Part shown: piece after piece, positions 34,441 through 48,314 of the stretch
How the letters are laid out: every line of letters begins with the position of its first letter
Numbering within the stretch: position 1 is the stretch's first letter
DNA from: Macrostomum lignano
Lineage: Eukaryota
Reading direction: 5' to 3'
Length of the DNA: 64,000 nt
NCBI GenBank assembly: GCA_002269645.1
Contig: NIVC01000157.1
Location: forward strand, 1-64,000
Notes under the pieces: generated by a model
Seen by the model: only the letters and a program-made list of their open reading frames with translations
Databases searched by the model: none
What the model was told of the DNA's origin: nothing
Program-made: the position numbers and the translations under genes

Positions 34441-37400
34441 TCAGACAGTTCTCAAATCAAAGATCTGCTTCTGACGTTTCTTCTGCCTCTTCGACTTGGC
34501 CCGCCCGACGCCAGAGCCATCGGCAGCCTCGGCAGCCGGCGCATCCGGCTGCTGCTCGGCCGCCATGGACTGTAAAATCCTCAGAGCTGCCAAGTTGAAG
34601 CCGAGCAAATCGGTCAGGCCGTTGCCGCAGGCAGTCAGGCGGCTCTGAAACTTGGCCGCGGTGTCGCCAGCGGACACGGCCAGGCAGGGAAAGTGGAAGC
34701 TCAGCAGCAGGCAGGCGCAGCGGCAGACCCGCTCGGGCTGCAGTCCGCCAGCCGCCAGCGAGTCCAGAGCGGCAAGCAGGCGCTTGGCGTGCACAGCAGG
34801 CAGGGCTGAGATGGCCTGCTCAAGCTCGTGCAGAGGCTGCCGGCCCAGCCAGCTGCCCAGCGACTCCAGCGGCTTGTTGCTGCCGCCGCTGACACCGGCT
34901 GATGATGGCTTCGTCTCCCTGTCGGTGTCCGTCTCCCAGCGCTGAAGGGACAGAGTGGGATAGAATCTAGTCATTTATTGTGCTCTGCGTGTGTGGCAAC
35001 TCGGGAGACTGGGCCCAGCAAATGACAGAATGACCATACAGTGACACAATGACCATACAGTGACAGAATGACCATACAGTGACAGAATGACAATACAGTG
35101 ACAGAATGACCATGCAGTGACACAATCACCATAGTGACAGAATGACCATACAGTGACACAACAGCCACAGTGACAGAATGACCACAGTGACACAACAGCC
35201 ACAGTGACACAATGACCAGTGACCACAGTGACACAACGGCCACAGTGTCACAACGGCCACAATGACACAATGACCACAGTGACACAATGACCAGTGACCA
35301 CAGTGACACAACAGCCACAGTGACACAATGACCAGTGACCACAGTGACACAACGGCCACAGTGACACAACGGCCACAGTGACACAATGACCACAGTGACA
35401 CAATGACCAGTGACCACAGTGACACAACGGCCGCAGTGACAAAACGGCCACAATGACACAATGACCACAGTGACACAATGACCAGTGACCACAGTGACAC
35501 AACAGCCACAGTGACACAACGGCCACAGTGACACAACGGCCACCGTGACACAATGACCAGTGACCACAGTGACACAACAGCCACAGTGACACAACGGCCA
35601 CAGTGACACAACAGCCACAGTGACACAACGGCCACAGTGACACAACGGCCACAGTGACACAACGGCCACAGTGACACAACGGCCACAGTGACACAATGAC
35701 TAGTGACCACAGTGACACAACGGCCACAGTGACACAATGACCACAGTGACACAACGGCCACAGTGACACAATGATCAGTGACCACAGTGACACAACGGCC
35801 ACAGTGACAAACGGCCACAATGACACAATGACCACAGTGATACAATGACCAGTGACCACAGTGACACAACAGCCACAGTGACACAATGACCAGTGACCAC
35901 AGTGACACAACAGCCACAATGACCAGTGACCACAGTGACACAACAGCCACAATGACAGGCAGAGCACCAAGGCAATGCAGTCTGCAGCAGTCGCAGCCGT
36001 ACCTCCAGAGCAGCCAGCAACGCCTCGGCGCCGCGCACAGACTGCAGGCTCAGGCGGGACACCAGACCGCTAGCTGCGCTGTCAGTGGCCTCAGCCTGCT
36101 GCTCGGCCATCTCCTCCTCAAACTGAGCATCCTTCTCCAACTCGCGCTGCTCCTCAAGCACCAGCGGCTCGTCAGTTCTCTGCCAGGTGCGCACGGAGCC
36201 GTCCTGATCTACGCTAGCAAAGTAGTCCCCGGTGGGGGCAACTGCCACACAGGCCACGGCGGACTGATGGCCGTGCAGCGCTGCGACTCTGCGGAACTTG
36301 CCGGCGTCCCACAGTCGCAGACACTTGTCGGCGCCGCAGCTCACCAGCAGGCGCGATGATGACGACGAATCGGCGCCTTCGAAACCTTGTGGCATGGGGA
36401 CGAACGCCAGATCGGCAATGGCCAGGTCGTGACCGCGGAGAATCTTCTGACAGTCGCCGAACTGCAGGCCCCACAGGCGGATGGTGCGGTCGCCGGACCC
36501 GCTGGCCAGCAGGGAGGAGTCGGAGCTGGCCGCCAGGGCCGAGGCCGGCTGCGAGTGGCCGTGCAGGTGCAGGAACTGGCGCACTGAGTCGGTGAACAGA
36601 ACCCGGATGGAGTTGTCCAGCAGGCCGCAACACAGCAGGCGCGCATCCGGGGTGCTGCACACCGAGGCCAGGCAATCGTCCAGAGCGATGCTCCTGGCTA
36701 GCAGGAGGCCCAGGCGGCTGCTGAGACCGCCTTGAGCTGCCGCCCTGCTGATCTCGTAGCGCCACTGCATCGCCTGCCGCTCGCCTGAGCTGCCGCTGAT
36801 GAGGCCGCTGGAGTCGCTGAGCTGGCGCAGGCAGGTCACCGGGCCGCTGTGCGCCTGACCATCGGGTTGGTGGTTGGGGGCCTCGCTGCGTGATTTTTCT
36901 ATAAGTAGTAGCCTTAGCTGAATGCGCTACTTTGAGTAGAAATATACACATTTTACATGGATAAAGCTGTCAAGCAGAGAATACTGTTATCATTCTTTCA
37001 AAACTACACAAGTACGTCGGGCTCTGGGGAGGCTGGCCCAGCAACTGAGGATCTGGGAGGCTGGCCTAGCAACTGAGGATCTGGGAGGCTGGTGGCCCAG
37101 CAATTGAGGATCTGGGAGGCTGGTGGCCCAGCAACTGAGGATCTGAGAGCTTGGCCCAGCAGTTGAGGATCTGAGAGGCTGGTGGCCCAGCAATTGAGGA
37201 TCTGGGAGGCTGGCCAAGGAACTGAGGATCTGGGAGGCTGGTGGCCCAGCAACTGAGGATCTGGGAGGCTGGTGGCCCAGCAACTGAGGATCTGGGAGGC
37301 TGGTGGCCCAGCAACTGAGGATCTGGGAGGCTGGCCTAGCAACTGAGGATCTGGGAGGCTGGTGGCCCAGCAACTGAGGATCTGGGAGGCTGGTGGCCCG

Positions 37401-40400
37401 GCAACTGAGGATCTGAGAGCTTGGCCCAGCAGTTGAGGATCTGGGAGGCTGGTGGCCCAGCAACTGAGGATCTGAGAGCTTGGCCCAGCAGTTAAGGATC
37501 TGGGAGGCTGGTGGCCCAGCAACTGTGGATCTGGGAGGCTGGTGGCCCAGCAATTAAGGATCTGGGAAGCTGGTGGCCCAGCAACTGAGGATCTGGGAGG
37601 CTGGTGGCCCAGCAACTGGGGATCTGGGAGGCTGGCACAGCAACTGAGGATCTGGGAGGCTGGCACAGCAACTGAGGATCTGGGAGGCTGGCACAGCAAC
37701 TGAGGATCTGGGAGGCTGGCCAAGGAACTGAGGATCTGGGAGGCTGGTGGCCCAGCAACTGAGGATCTGGGAGGCTGGTGGCCCAGCAACTGAGGATCTG
37801 GGAGGCTGGTGGCCCAGCAACTGAGGATCTGGGAGGCTGGTGGCCCAGCAACTGAGGATCTGGGAGGCTGGTGGCCCAGCAACTGAGGATCTGGGAGGCT
37901 GGCCCAGCAACTGTGGATCTGGGAGGCTGGTAGCCTAGCAACTGAGGATCTGGGAGGCTGGCCCAGCAACTGAGGATCTGGGAGGCTGGTGGCCCAGCAA
38001 CTGGGGATCTGGGAGGCTGGCCCAGCAACTGAGGATCTGGGAGGCTGGCACAGCAACTGAGGATCTGGGAGGCTGGGAGGCAACTGAGGATCTGGGAGGC
38101 TAGGAGGCAACTGAGGATCTGGGAGGCTGGCCTGGCAATTGAGGATCTGGGAGGCTGGTGGCCCAGCAACTGAGGATCTGGGAGGCTGGTAGCCCAGCAA
38201 CTGAGGATCTGGGAGGCTGGCCCAGCAACTGTGGATCTGGGAGGCTGGCCAGGCAACTAGGGATCTGGGAGGCTGGCACAGCAACTGAGGATCTGGGAGG
38301 CTGGCACAGCAACTGAGGATCTGGGAGGCTGGCCCAGCAACTGAGGATCTGGGAGGCTGGTGGCCCAGCAACTGGGGATCTGGGAGGCTAGCACAGCAAC
38401 TGAGGATCTGGGAGGCTGGCACAGCAACTGAGGATCTGGGAGGCTGGCCCAGCAACTGAGGATCTGGGAGGCTGGCCCAGCAACTGTGGATCTGGGAGGC
38501 TGGTGGCCCAGCAACTGAGGATCTGGGAGGCTGGTGGCCCAGCAACTGAGGATCTGGGAGGCTGGTGGCCCAGCAATTAAGGATCTGGGAGGCTGGTGGC
38601 CCAGCAACTGGGGATCTGGGAGGCTGGCACAGCAACTGAGGATCTGGGAGGCTGGCACAGCAACTGAGGATCTGGGAGGCTGGCACAGCAACTGAGGATC
38701 TGGGAGGCTGGCCAAGGAACTGAGGATCTGGGAGGCTGGTGGCCCAGCAACTGAGGATCTGGGAGACTGGTGGCCCAGCAACTGAGGATCTGGGAGGCTG
38801 GTGGCCCAGCAACTGAGGATCTGGGAGGCTGGTGGCCCAGCAACTGAGGATCTGAGAGCTTGGCCCAGCAGTTGAGGATCTGAGAGGCTGGTGGCCCAGC
38901 AATTGAGGATCTGGGAGGCTGGCCAAGGAACTGAGGATCTGGGAGGCTGGTGGCCCAGCAACTGAGGATCTGGGAGGCTGGTGGCCCAGCAACTGGGGAT
39001 CTGGGAGGCTGGTACAGCAACTGAGGATCTGGGAGGCTGGCACAGCAACTGAGGATCTGGGAGGCTGGTGGCCCAGCAACTGGGGATCTGGGAGGCTGGT
39101 GGCCCAGCAACTGGGGATCTGGGAGGCTGGCACAGCAACTGAGGATCTGGGAGGCTGGTAGCCCAGCAACTGACGATCTGGGAGGCTGGTGGCCCAGCAA
39201 CTGAGGATCTGAGAGCTTGGCCCAGCAGTTGAGGATCTGGGAGGCTGGGAGGCAACTGAGGATCTGGGAGGCTGGGAGGCAACTGAGGATCTGGAAGGCT
39301 GGCCAGGCAACTGAGCATCTCAGGCAATAACTCAATGGAGCTCCAAACCAACCTGCAGCTGCTCAGCCACCCGGCCGTCGCTGAGGTCGCAGAGTAGCAG
39401 GCGGCCATCGGCGGTGCCGACGGCGGCGTACCGGTCGCCAGGCAAAAACACGCAGCGGGTCATCTGGCCGCCACCTGATCCGCTTTGATCTTCGCCGCCA
39501 CTGGAACTGGGGCAGGCGATGGTGAGCAGACAGGCAAGGCTGGAGAACCGCCACAGTTTCAGCTGACCGGCACTCAGCGTCATCACCGCCAGGCCATCGG
39601 AGCTGACGGTCGCCCATCGGACTGGGCCTTCGTGCCCATGGCTGATCTTTGAACCGAGCGAGTCCACCGTGACCGCCCCGTCCGAGTAGCTGAGACGGTA
39701 GGACAGGATCTGGAACATGGGATGTTAAAGCATTGTGGGATCTGGAAAAAATGGGGATCTGGGAGGTCAAGACACTGTGGGGATCTGGGAGGTCAATGCA
39801 TTGTGGGGATCTGGGAGGTCAATGCATTGTGGAGATCTGGGAGGTCAATGCATTGTGGGGATCTGGGAGGTCAATGCATTGTGGGGATCTGGGAGGTCAA
39901 TGCATTGTGGGGATCTGGGAGGTCAATGCATTGTGGGGATCTGGGAGGTCAATGCATTGTGGGGATCTGGGAGGTCAATGCATTGTGGGGATCTGGGAGG
40001 TCAATGCATTGTGGGGATCTGGGAGGTCAAGACACTGTGGGGATCTGGGAGGTCAATGCATTGTGGGGATCTGGGAGGTCAATGCATTGTGGGGATCTGG
40101 GAGGTCAATGCATTGTGGGGATCTGGGAGATCAATGCATTGTGGGGATCTGGGAGGTCAATGCATTGTGGAGATCTGGGAGGACGATGCATTGTGGGGAT
40201 CTGGGAGGACAATGGTAAGGTACATCAACACTTCCTGACTTCCCCACGGGAGCAAAGATAGAACACCTGTAAAAGTACATATACAACAAGCATCTAACCG
40301 AGTTATTGGCCAAGCTGACAAAGCACTCAAAGCGCAGCGCCTCAACCTGCCGATGGCTTCCTTGAGCGGCATCCACGGCTGCCTCATCGATGGCTCCAGA

Positions 40401-43090
40401 GGCTGGTTGCTCGGCCAGCCGCACGGGGCCAAGAGCAGGCCACCTGAGCTTGGCCGGAAACCCGGTCAGCATGCCGGCCGGTTTGAGCAGATCCTCAGCC
40501 GCCAGCCTGCTCGGCCGGTCCGCACCGGCTTTTCTAGCCGCCTTCCTTTGACGCTGCTTCAGTCGGGTGCGCTGCTCGGCTGAGCTGGGGCAGGCGAACC
40601 ATTCGAGACCGCGGGTGCCCGAGGCCACGCACAGCAGGCGGCCATCGGCTGTGGCGGCAAGCGAGTGCGTGCGGCCTTTGGTTGCCTTGGCAACGCTGCC
40701 TAGGAACTCAGCGGCCAGGGCATCCTGGAGTTTCAGGTGGATTTCGGGGAGATATTTGAGGTGGGATTTGGGAAGATTTCGGATGAGATTGGGGAGATTT
40801 TTAAATTGGATTTGAGAAAATATTTGATGGGATTTCAGGAAAATATTTGATAGGATTTGGGGAGATTTTGAATGGGATTTAGAGAGATTGTTGAATGGGA
40901 CTTGGGGAGTTTGTTGAATGGGATTTAGGGAAATATTTGATGGGATTTGGGAAAATAATTGATGGGATTTGGGGAGATTGCTGGGTGGGATTTGGGAGAT
41001 TGTTAAATGGGATTTGGGGAGATTGTTAGATGGGATTTTGGGGAGATTGTTGAATGGGATTTGGGGAAATATTTGATGGGCTTTGGGGAGATTGTTGGGT
41101 GGGATTTAGGAGATTGTTGGATGGAATTTGAAGAATGATTTGAAGAATATTTTGAAAAATGAAACCTCGAGATCGGCTGGCTGCAGCAGGGCCAGCTGCT
41201 CAGCCTCCTTAGCTGCATCAGTCTGAGCTCTCTTAGCCTCAGGTGCGCGATCGTCTTGAACTGAGAGGCGCCACAGGCGCAGCTGATTGTCGCACGAGCC
41301 CGTCACCAGGAGGTCCCTGGCGTCGCCAATCAAAGCGAAGTCCCAGATTTCGCCCGGGTGACCCGTCAGGGTTTTGAAGCAGACGCGTATGTCCAGATTC
41401 CAGAATTTCATGAGGCCGTCTTTGGAGGCGCTGAGCAGGCAGTTGCTCCACTGCTCCAGGAACTCTACCTGGTGCGGGAAATTATTGCGGAATTGTATCC
41501 GGGGGAAAGGAGTAAGAATAATTATGAGGATCCTGGCTCTGGATCCGGGAGGCTGGCCAAGCAACTGAGGATCCGGGAGGCTGGCCAAGCAACTGGGGAT
41601 CTGGGAGGCTGGCCAAGCAACTGGGGATCTTGGAGGCTGGCCCAGCAACTAAGGATTTTGGAGGCTGGCCCAGCAACTGGGGATCTGGGAGGCTGGCCCA
41701 GTAACTAGGGATCTGGGAGGCTGGCCCAGCAACTGGGGATCTGGGAGGCTGGCCCAGCAACTGAGGATCTGGGACGCTGGCCAAGCAACTGAGGATCTGA
41801 AAGGCTGGCCCAGCAACTTGGGATCTGGGAGGCTGGCCCAGAAACTGGGGATCTGGGAGGCTGGCCAAGCAACTGGGGATCTTGGAGGCTGGCGGCAGTG
41901 GTTACGGGTGAAGAAAAACCAGGACCCCAACAAGCCGCACCTTGGTGACGGCATTGGAGTGGCCCTGCAGGCGGAAGCCGCTCTCCCCCTCGATGCGCAG
42001 CACTGTGACGTCAGAGTCCATGCCGCCAGCGGCTAGCAGAGACCCGTCAGCGTTGAAAGCCATTGAAGACACTGCGTTCTTGTGGCCGCAAAACTTCACC
42101 AGCAGCTCGCCTGCAGTGCACAGGGTGGAAATTCTGTAGCTGATCATTTAGAAAACACACTGAAATCCGCTCCCTACCCTCACAAAACACACTGAAATCC
42201 GCTCCCTACCCTCACAAAACACACTGAAATCCGCTCCCTACCCTCACAAAACACACTGAAATCCGCTCCCTACACTCACAAAACACACTGAAATCCGCTC
42301 CCTACCCTCACAAAACACACTGAAATCCGCTCCCTACCCTCACAAAACACACTGAAATCCGCTCCCTACCCTCACAAAACACACTGAAATCCGCTCCCTA
42401 CACTCACAAAACACACTGAAATCCGCTCCCTACCCTCACAAAACACACTGAAATCCGCTCCCTACCCTCACAAAACACACTGAAATCCGCTCCCTACACT
42501 CACAAAACACACTGAAATCCGCTCCCTACCCTCACAAAACACACTGAAATCCGCTCCCTACCCTCACAAAACACACTGAAATCCGCTCCCTACCCTTACA
42601 AAACACACTGAAATCCGCTCCCTACCCTCACAAAACACACTGAAATCCGCTCCCTACCCTCACAAAACACACTGAAATCCGCTCCCCACCCTCACAAAAC
42701 ACACTGAAATCCGCTCCCCACCATCAAACACAGTAAAACCCGCTCACCTGTCCACAGGTTGTACAGCCGAATCCAGCCATCCGAGTAGCCAACAGCGAGC
42801 ACCGAGGCGCCAGCATGCCAGGCCAGGCGCGCCACAACGGCGCCGGCGCGCAGTCTCGGCCGCGCGGCCTCTTCGTCGGCGAAATCATCGTCGTCTTCTT
42901 CGCGAAATTTGCGAGCAGCCTGGCCGGTGACGGGGTTCCAGGCGATGGCGTCCTCAGCAGCGCCGGCCAGCACCAGAGGGCGGTGCCGCGTCACCGGGTC
43001 GGACACGGCCAGGATGTTGCAGCGAGGCGAAGCGGTCAGACCGAACCGGGAGTCGGCGGTGTACCGGGGGTACTCGTGGGTGACGGGCAT
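34441..43090 (-). CDS. WDR3: WD repeat-containing protein 3 / U3 snoRNP component Utp12 (Dip2), 983 aa
   Basis: 7 exons: 43090-42748, 42110-41941, 41468-41166, 40724-40299, 39709-39353, 36854-36003 and 34941-34441. Total 2952 nt, frame continuous, GT-AG. Motifs MPVTHEYPRY...FGL, LLSASKDGLMKFWNLD, SGSGDRTIRLWGLQFGDCQK, WQRTDEPLVLEEQRELE and a C-terminal Utp12 domain with LLGFNLAAL. Confidence 0.93.
35000..35955 (+). repeat. About 17-bp degenerate minisatellite (GTGACACAA[TGA/CGG]CCACA)n, WDR3 intron 6
   Basis: Direct reading of the sequence. Confidence 0.93.
37020..39310 (-). repeat. 28/31-bp CCAGCCTCCCAGATCCTCAGTTGCT minisatellite, WDR3 intron 5
   Basis: About 75 copies; reverse complement of the arrays at 19-21 kb. 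Confidence 0.97.
39750..40210 (-). repeat. 26-bp minisatellite (plus-strand unit TGTGGGGATCTGGGAGGTCAATGCAT), WDR3 intron 4
   Basis: About 17 copies sharing the GGATCTGGGAGG core with the 28/31-bp family. Confidence 0.95.
40735..41160 (-). repeat. Degenerate GGGATTTGGGGAGATTGTTGAAT-like repeat, WDR3 intron 3
   Basis: Imperfect tandem units. Confidence 0.75.
41535..41895 (-). repeat. 28-bp minisatellite of the CCAGCCTCCCAGATCC family, WDR3 intron 2
   Basis: About 12 copies. Confidence 0.93.
42152..42725 (+). repeat. 32-bp minisatellite (CCTCACAAAACACACTGAAATCCGCTCCCTAC)n, WDR3 intron 1
   Basis: About 18 copies filling nearly the whole intron. Confidence 0.97.
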
Positions 43091-43214
43091 GGCAGGAGCA
43101 AGCGCGAGTCGGTTTTTTAATGAGCACTTTTGAGCTGGCTTGAGCACAGAAGCTAGAGATACATGGGATGGATGGGGCAGAGACAGAGGGAATCGAACCC
43201 CTAGCACCGTGCGT

Positions 43215-43340
43215 GACTATAATCATGTGGGGCTTGACTAAAATCATGTGGGGCTTGACTAAAATCATGTGGGGCTTGACTATAATCATGTGGGGCTTGA
43301 CTATAATCATGTGGGGCTTGACTATAATCATGTGGGGCTT
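43215..43340 (+). repeat. 21-bp minisatellite (GACTATAATCATGTGGGGCTT)n
   Basis: About 6 copies upstream of WDR3. Confidence 0.9.
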
Positions 43341-43590
43341 TCCTAAATTGAAAGTGTAAAAAATAACTAAACTAAAAGAAGACTAAGCATGGTAAAAATA
43401 ATATCGGTTTTGATGTATTGAACTCTGCAATCAAAAAGTCATAATAGCAAAAAATGCAATGTTTTGTTGAGACAGACAAAAAGCACGTATTTGAAAGCTG
43501 AGATGCGCTTCAAAAAATCGAAATAAAAACACAACACGGTTGTTAGTTTTCTATCTGCAGAGATCCACAGAGTTGAGAGATTTTATCTCA

Positions 43591-43949
43591 TTAGGCACAA
43601 AGCATGGCCTCCTCGTAAGTCGGTGGCGGGCTGCGGTGTACATCAGGTTGGCCAAGCTGACGGTTCTGCCAGCAGCTCTGATCGCCATTGACTTGCCTGA
43701 AGGAGTTCAGCAGCATTGGAGGAGCAGAAGCTGCCGGGCAGGGGGGCGGATGCAGTCTGCTGCTGCTGCTAGCTGAGAGAGCAGCGCCACTGCGCGCTAA
43801 GGGAAACGGAGGTGCCAGCATGCAGCGATAGAAGCCGTAGCAGAGCAGCAATAGAAAAATCAGCGACACCACAATTAGGCCGATTGGAAGTGGCTGCGGA
43901 AACTGCAGCATTCTGCCGCAGCTGCCTGACCTGCTGCACCCGCCAGCTG
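43591..43949 (-). CDS. Probable last exon of a small single-pass membrane protein with a C-terminal PPxY (PPTYEEA) motif
   Basis: Hydrophobic stretch IGLIVVSLIFLLLLCYGFY followed by a Pro/Ser-rich tail ending SPPPTYEEAMLCA. A CTGCAG acceptor near 43950 keeps the frame open. Upstream exon not identified. Confidence 0.5.
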
Positions 43950-44244
43950 CAGTGTGTGTAATATATTGGGATTTGTTTAGGCATGAATAATGTATTCAGT
44001 TTTGCAATTAGCTAGAAGCTACTGATTGGTAACTAGGGATGATTGTCCAACAGACTACAAGTTGCTAAAATTATTCTATTAAATTATCTGTATGGAACAA
44101 TAAATTTTAAAGATAGTTTTATATATTTTCAAATTATCAAAATTCTATTCATTTAGTAGGTTGTTTGTGCAATTTTAGACATGAAACTTTGAATACCAAA
44201 CTGTTTTTTTTTATGTTTTTATATCTATACATTTAATACTACTG

Positions 44245-44379
44245 CCTATCTATCTGTCTATCAATCTCTACATATAAAAATCAAAACATATATGGATAGA
44301 TAGATAGACAGATAGATATATAGAGATATATAGACAGATAGATAGATAGATGGTAGATAGATGATAGATAGATATATAG

Positions 44380-44410
<31 letters not shown>

Positions 44411-44569
44411 CAGATAGATGGATAGATAGGTAGATAGATAGATAGATAGATAGACAGATAGATGGATAGATAGGTAGATAGATAGATAGATAGATAGACA
44501 GATAGATGGATAGATAGGTAGATAGATATATACAGATAGATAGACAGATAGATAGATAGATAGATAGAT

Positions 44570-44625
<56 letters not shown>

Positions 44626-44695
44626 GGATAGATAGGTAGATAGATATATACAGATAGATAGACAGATAGATAAATAGATATAGATAGATACAAAC
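44245..44695 (+). repeat. (GATA)n microsatellite
   Basis: Direct reading of the sequence. Confidence 0.95.
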
Positions 44696-47600
44696 CATTT
44701 TTGCATTTTTGATATATAGATATCTATATATATATATAGTCTGGGTATGAAAATAAATAAACCAAAAGTATTAAATTCTTTTTTAGAAACTAGTTTATGG
44801 GGGCCATAGCTTAGGCTCTAATTCAAGGATAATTACATTAATTTTGGGACTAATTGGATTTTTTCTTGTGATTGCTTGCATACTTAGCATCATTGTCATT
44901 GATTAAAGCCTAAAGGCTAGCCTCAAAGCTGCTATAAAGTGTATATGCCCAATGGTAAATTAAGTTAGGGCTACTACAAAGGCTGTCTCAAAAGTAGTTA
45001 CTTTCATTATATCTCTCATTCTGACAATCCAAATAACATCATTTTGCATAGTTTTATAGTGGCAACTCTCTTCTTCATATTAACTTGAACATCTTTAAAA
45101 TCAAACAAAGGAAACAAAAGTTACAAACTCATTTATTTGCATTCAAGTGTTGCTTAGGGGAGCAAGATTTATACCCTTTGGAGGAGAGAACACAGTGTAG
45201 CCAAGATTAATGTGCAGCTTTCATTGGCTTATTGGTCTAATGCTATCATTTACCACAATCCTTTTACACATTTACTGCACCCAGTTACCCATTTTTCAGC
45301 TTCCACTTTGAAATTTTGCTAGCCTACTAACTTACTATAAGTCTATAGTTGAGCTCCTGCTACATTTTAGTTTGTAACTTTTGATTCCATTGTCTGACTT
45401 TAAAAATGTTAAATTTTATATAAAGAGTTGCCATTATAAAACTTTGCAAAATAATGATATTTGAATCATCAAAACAAGAGATATAATGAAAAGTAACCCT
45501 ACTTTTGGGACAGCCCTCATATATCTTAGATAATAAGTATTATTTATATGTCTATGTCTATTGCCTAAACATATATATATGATTGAATATCTATCTAAGC
45601 TTGCTTTTTTGTTTAATGCTTCGTAAAGTTAGCAGAATGAGCTGCAATGTCTTATATTAATATTAGTTATGACACATTGCTTATAACATAGTCATAGAAG
45701 AATTTGTGAGGCCTATTTGCCTATAATAATGACCTAGGAAATTATAATTGCAAATAGTGAAAAAGGAACAAACTAGCAAAAAAAATTTTGCTAAAATATA
45801 TCCCTAGCCTAGATGACTCTACTCTAATTATATACCATTTTCAGGAAAATGCATTATCTGCATCAGAAAAAAAACTTTTAGGCTGTCAGCACTAAGAGAT
45901 AGCTCACCTAATCCTAGGCCTAATCTAGATATCAATTATACTTATAGATAGATATACTGCTCTGCACAATAACCACCTAGGCTAGGCCTATGCCAGAAAT
46001 TTAAGTCAGAAATTCAATTCTATTTTTGCATGTGAAATTAAAAAAAACATAACCAGTCATATAGAGTTTGCAGTGCTGGACTTTGCAAATTCATTAGGAC
46101 TTAGGTCCTCATTCCTCATTGTCTCCACCCTGACTGACTTTAATTACATTTCTGCTATACCACTTATATCTAGCACTAGCACTGGTCTACATTCAGACTT
46201 ACTTAATTGCAAGACTGCCATCCATGTACCTACTCAGAGGCTACGAATATATCTATCTATACTCGCCTATATATACGCCTAGGCCTATATCTATCTATGC
46301 TCCATCTAGTAGGGGCCTAGAATCAAGAAGTTTGAATAAGGCCTAAGAAGTCTAAATAAATGTGGGGTAATAATATAAATAAATCAGTACATATTGGCAT
46401 AAAATAGCAGCTTGCTACTGGTGCAACGCCGAAAGAAATAATAAAAAAATATCTACCTGATTACCATAAGAGCCTAAGTTGCGGCTTTTACCATTAGTTG
46501 CTTATTCGTGAAAAGCTAACTAGAAGTATTAGTGTTCTTGGAATTTTGTGTTTGAATTTTTTGTTATAGGGCCTACTTCACAATATAAACATTATGAAGT
46601 TGTTTAAATTACAGTTATGTGCTACCCATCTCTCTATTTTCCCAGCTGTTTTATATTTTAGGTTCAGACGTGTAATGACAATTCCAGCTCTTCGTTTCTC
46701 TTCCATAAAATCATCCCGTTTACCCTGCGGCCCCCACATTTCCCACCGTTTATATTGCTCATGATAGTTTATAAAAAGAGCCGCCCTGCGCAGGGTAGAA
46801 CCGCGCGCCTCTCTTTTCTTAAATTGCTATACAGCATATACTCATCGGCCCCTATGTAAGCCCAAATTCTGTCCGAGCGGTTACAGTCATTTCGGCGAAA
46901 ATTGACACTTCGGCGAAGGACATTTCGGCGAAAGTTGGATAATACTTAGAGATTTAGTATATTTGGATTGGTCATTTCGGTGAAAGGGGTATACGAACGG
47001 CGGGAATCTGACAAATCATTGACCGAGGGATCGAATCACGTTATTTTGTGACGGTGGTGTTATAACTGCAGTACGCTTGTATATAGTGTATGTGCTCAAA
47101 CTACGTACTGTCATATATATACTGTACTTGTAACCATATGCAGTATTTCTTAGTTTATACAATTATCGTATTGTCAGTTTTAAAAAAATGTATTTGTTTA
47201 AACGAACGAGTATAATTATTGTATACCCTCGAAACATTTCAATTTTCTAAGCAAGCAATCTTTAGTTTCAAGTTGTACATGTCACGAAAAAGTATAGCGA
47301 CATTAAAATTATGCGTGATTCTAGCTTTCGAAGCTTACCTTGATTAATAGATGTTTTGATAACAATTGCTTTGAGGTATCGACTGTTTGCTTGCGCGACG
47401 ACAAATGCAGTCATCGTTTAACAGCTGGGATTGGTTAGCGGGAATCACAGACGAGCGCACATTTCTGGAATATATCATGTTTCTTATAATTCGTGACTTC
47501 GTGCCTCTCGGGCATTTCAAGAACAAAAATCTGAAAAAGTGTTCGAAGGCCAGTTCGAGCAAGCTTAGTCGTATTGATTTCTTCTAAAGTCCTGGTTATT

Positions 47601-48069
47601 CAATTGCTGCGGGGGTCAGCTTGCCCCACAAGCTTTCATGATGAGACAATAATTACATGTAATTGCTAACGGCAAGTCTTCTCTTCACTGAACTTTATTA
47701 TGTTCGAGGCCACAGTATATATTTACATGTATGCAAGAGATTTTACTGTAAAGCCACAGGATTTTCCTGCGTCTAGAATCAACAAGCCGTGAGTTCTGCA
47801 TTTTTTGTCTCGATTTAGCTGTTTAAGACCTCTCTGCATGCACTTCATTTTTGAGCGTCTTCTGCAGTCAGGAGAGTTATGCTTTACCCATAAGGATTAC
47901 ATAAGTTCCTCTGTTTCCTTCATACTCCCTCTCCACCTCACTCTCCCCCCTCTGCCCCATTATCCCCAATTGTCTCCCTCACAGTTTCTTTCCCCCTATC
48001 TTCCGTCATCACCCTCAGCCTCCCTCTCTTCCCTAACTTAACTTTCTCTCTCTCTACTTTCTTCCAGAG

Positions 48070-48160
48070 ACAGAGACAGACAGACAGACAGACAGACAGA
48101 TAGATAGAACCTATAACTATGACAGACAGACAGACAGATAGAACCTATAACAAGACAGAA

Positions 48161-48223
<63 letters not shown>

Positions 48224-48281
48224 GAGCCAGCCAGCCAGACAGAACCTATAACTATGACAGAAAGACAGACAGACAGACAGG

Positions 48282-48314
<33 letters not shown>

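Noticed and set aside
34971-35970. Cys/His-rich ORFs resembling metallothionein
   Set aside because: Translation of the WDR3 intron 6 minisatellite.
37004-39408. 768-aa Pro/Gln/Ser-rich ORF
   Set aside because: Translation of the 28/31-bp minisatellite in WDR3 intron 5.
46880-46990. Repeated CATTTCGGCGAA motifs suggesting a DNA-transposon end
   Set aside because: No matching inverted terminus found nearby, so it cannot be delimited.
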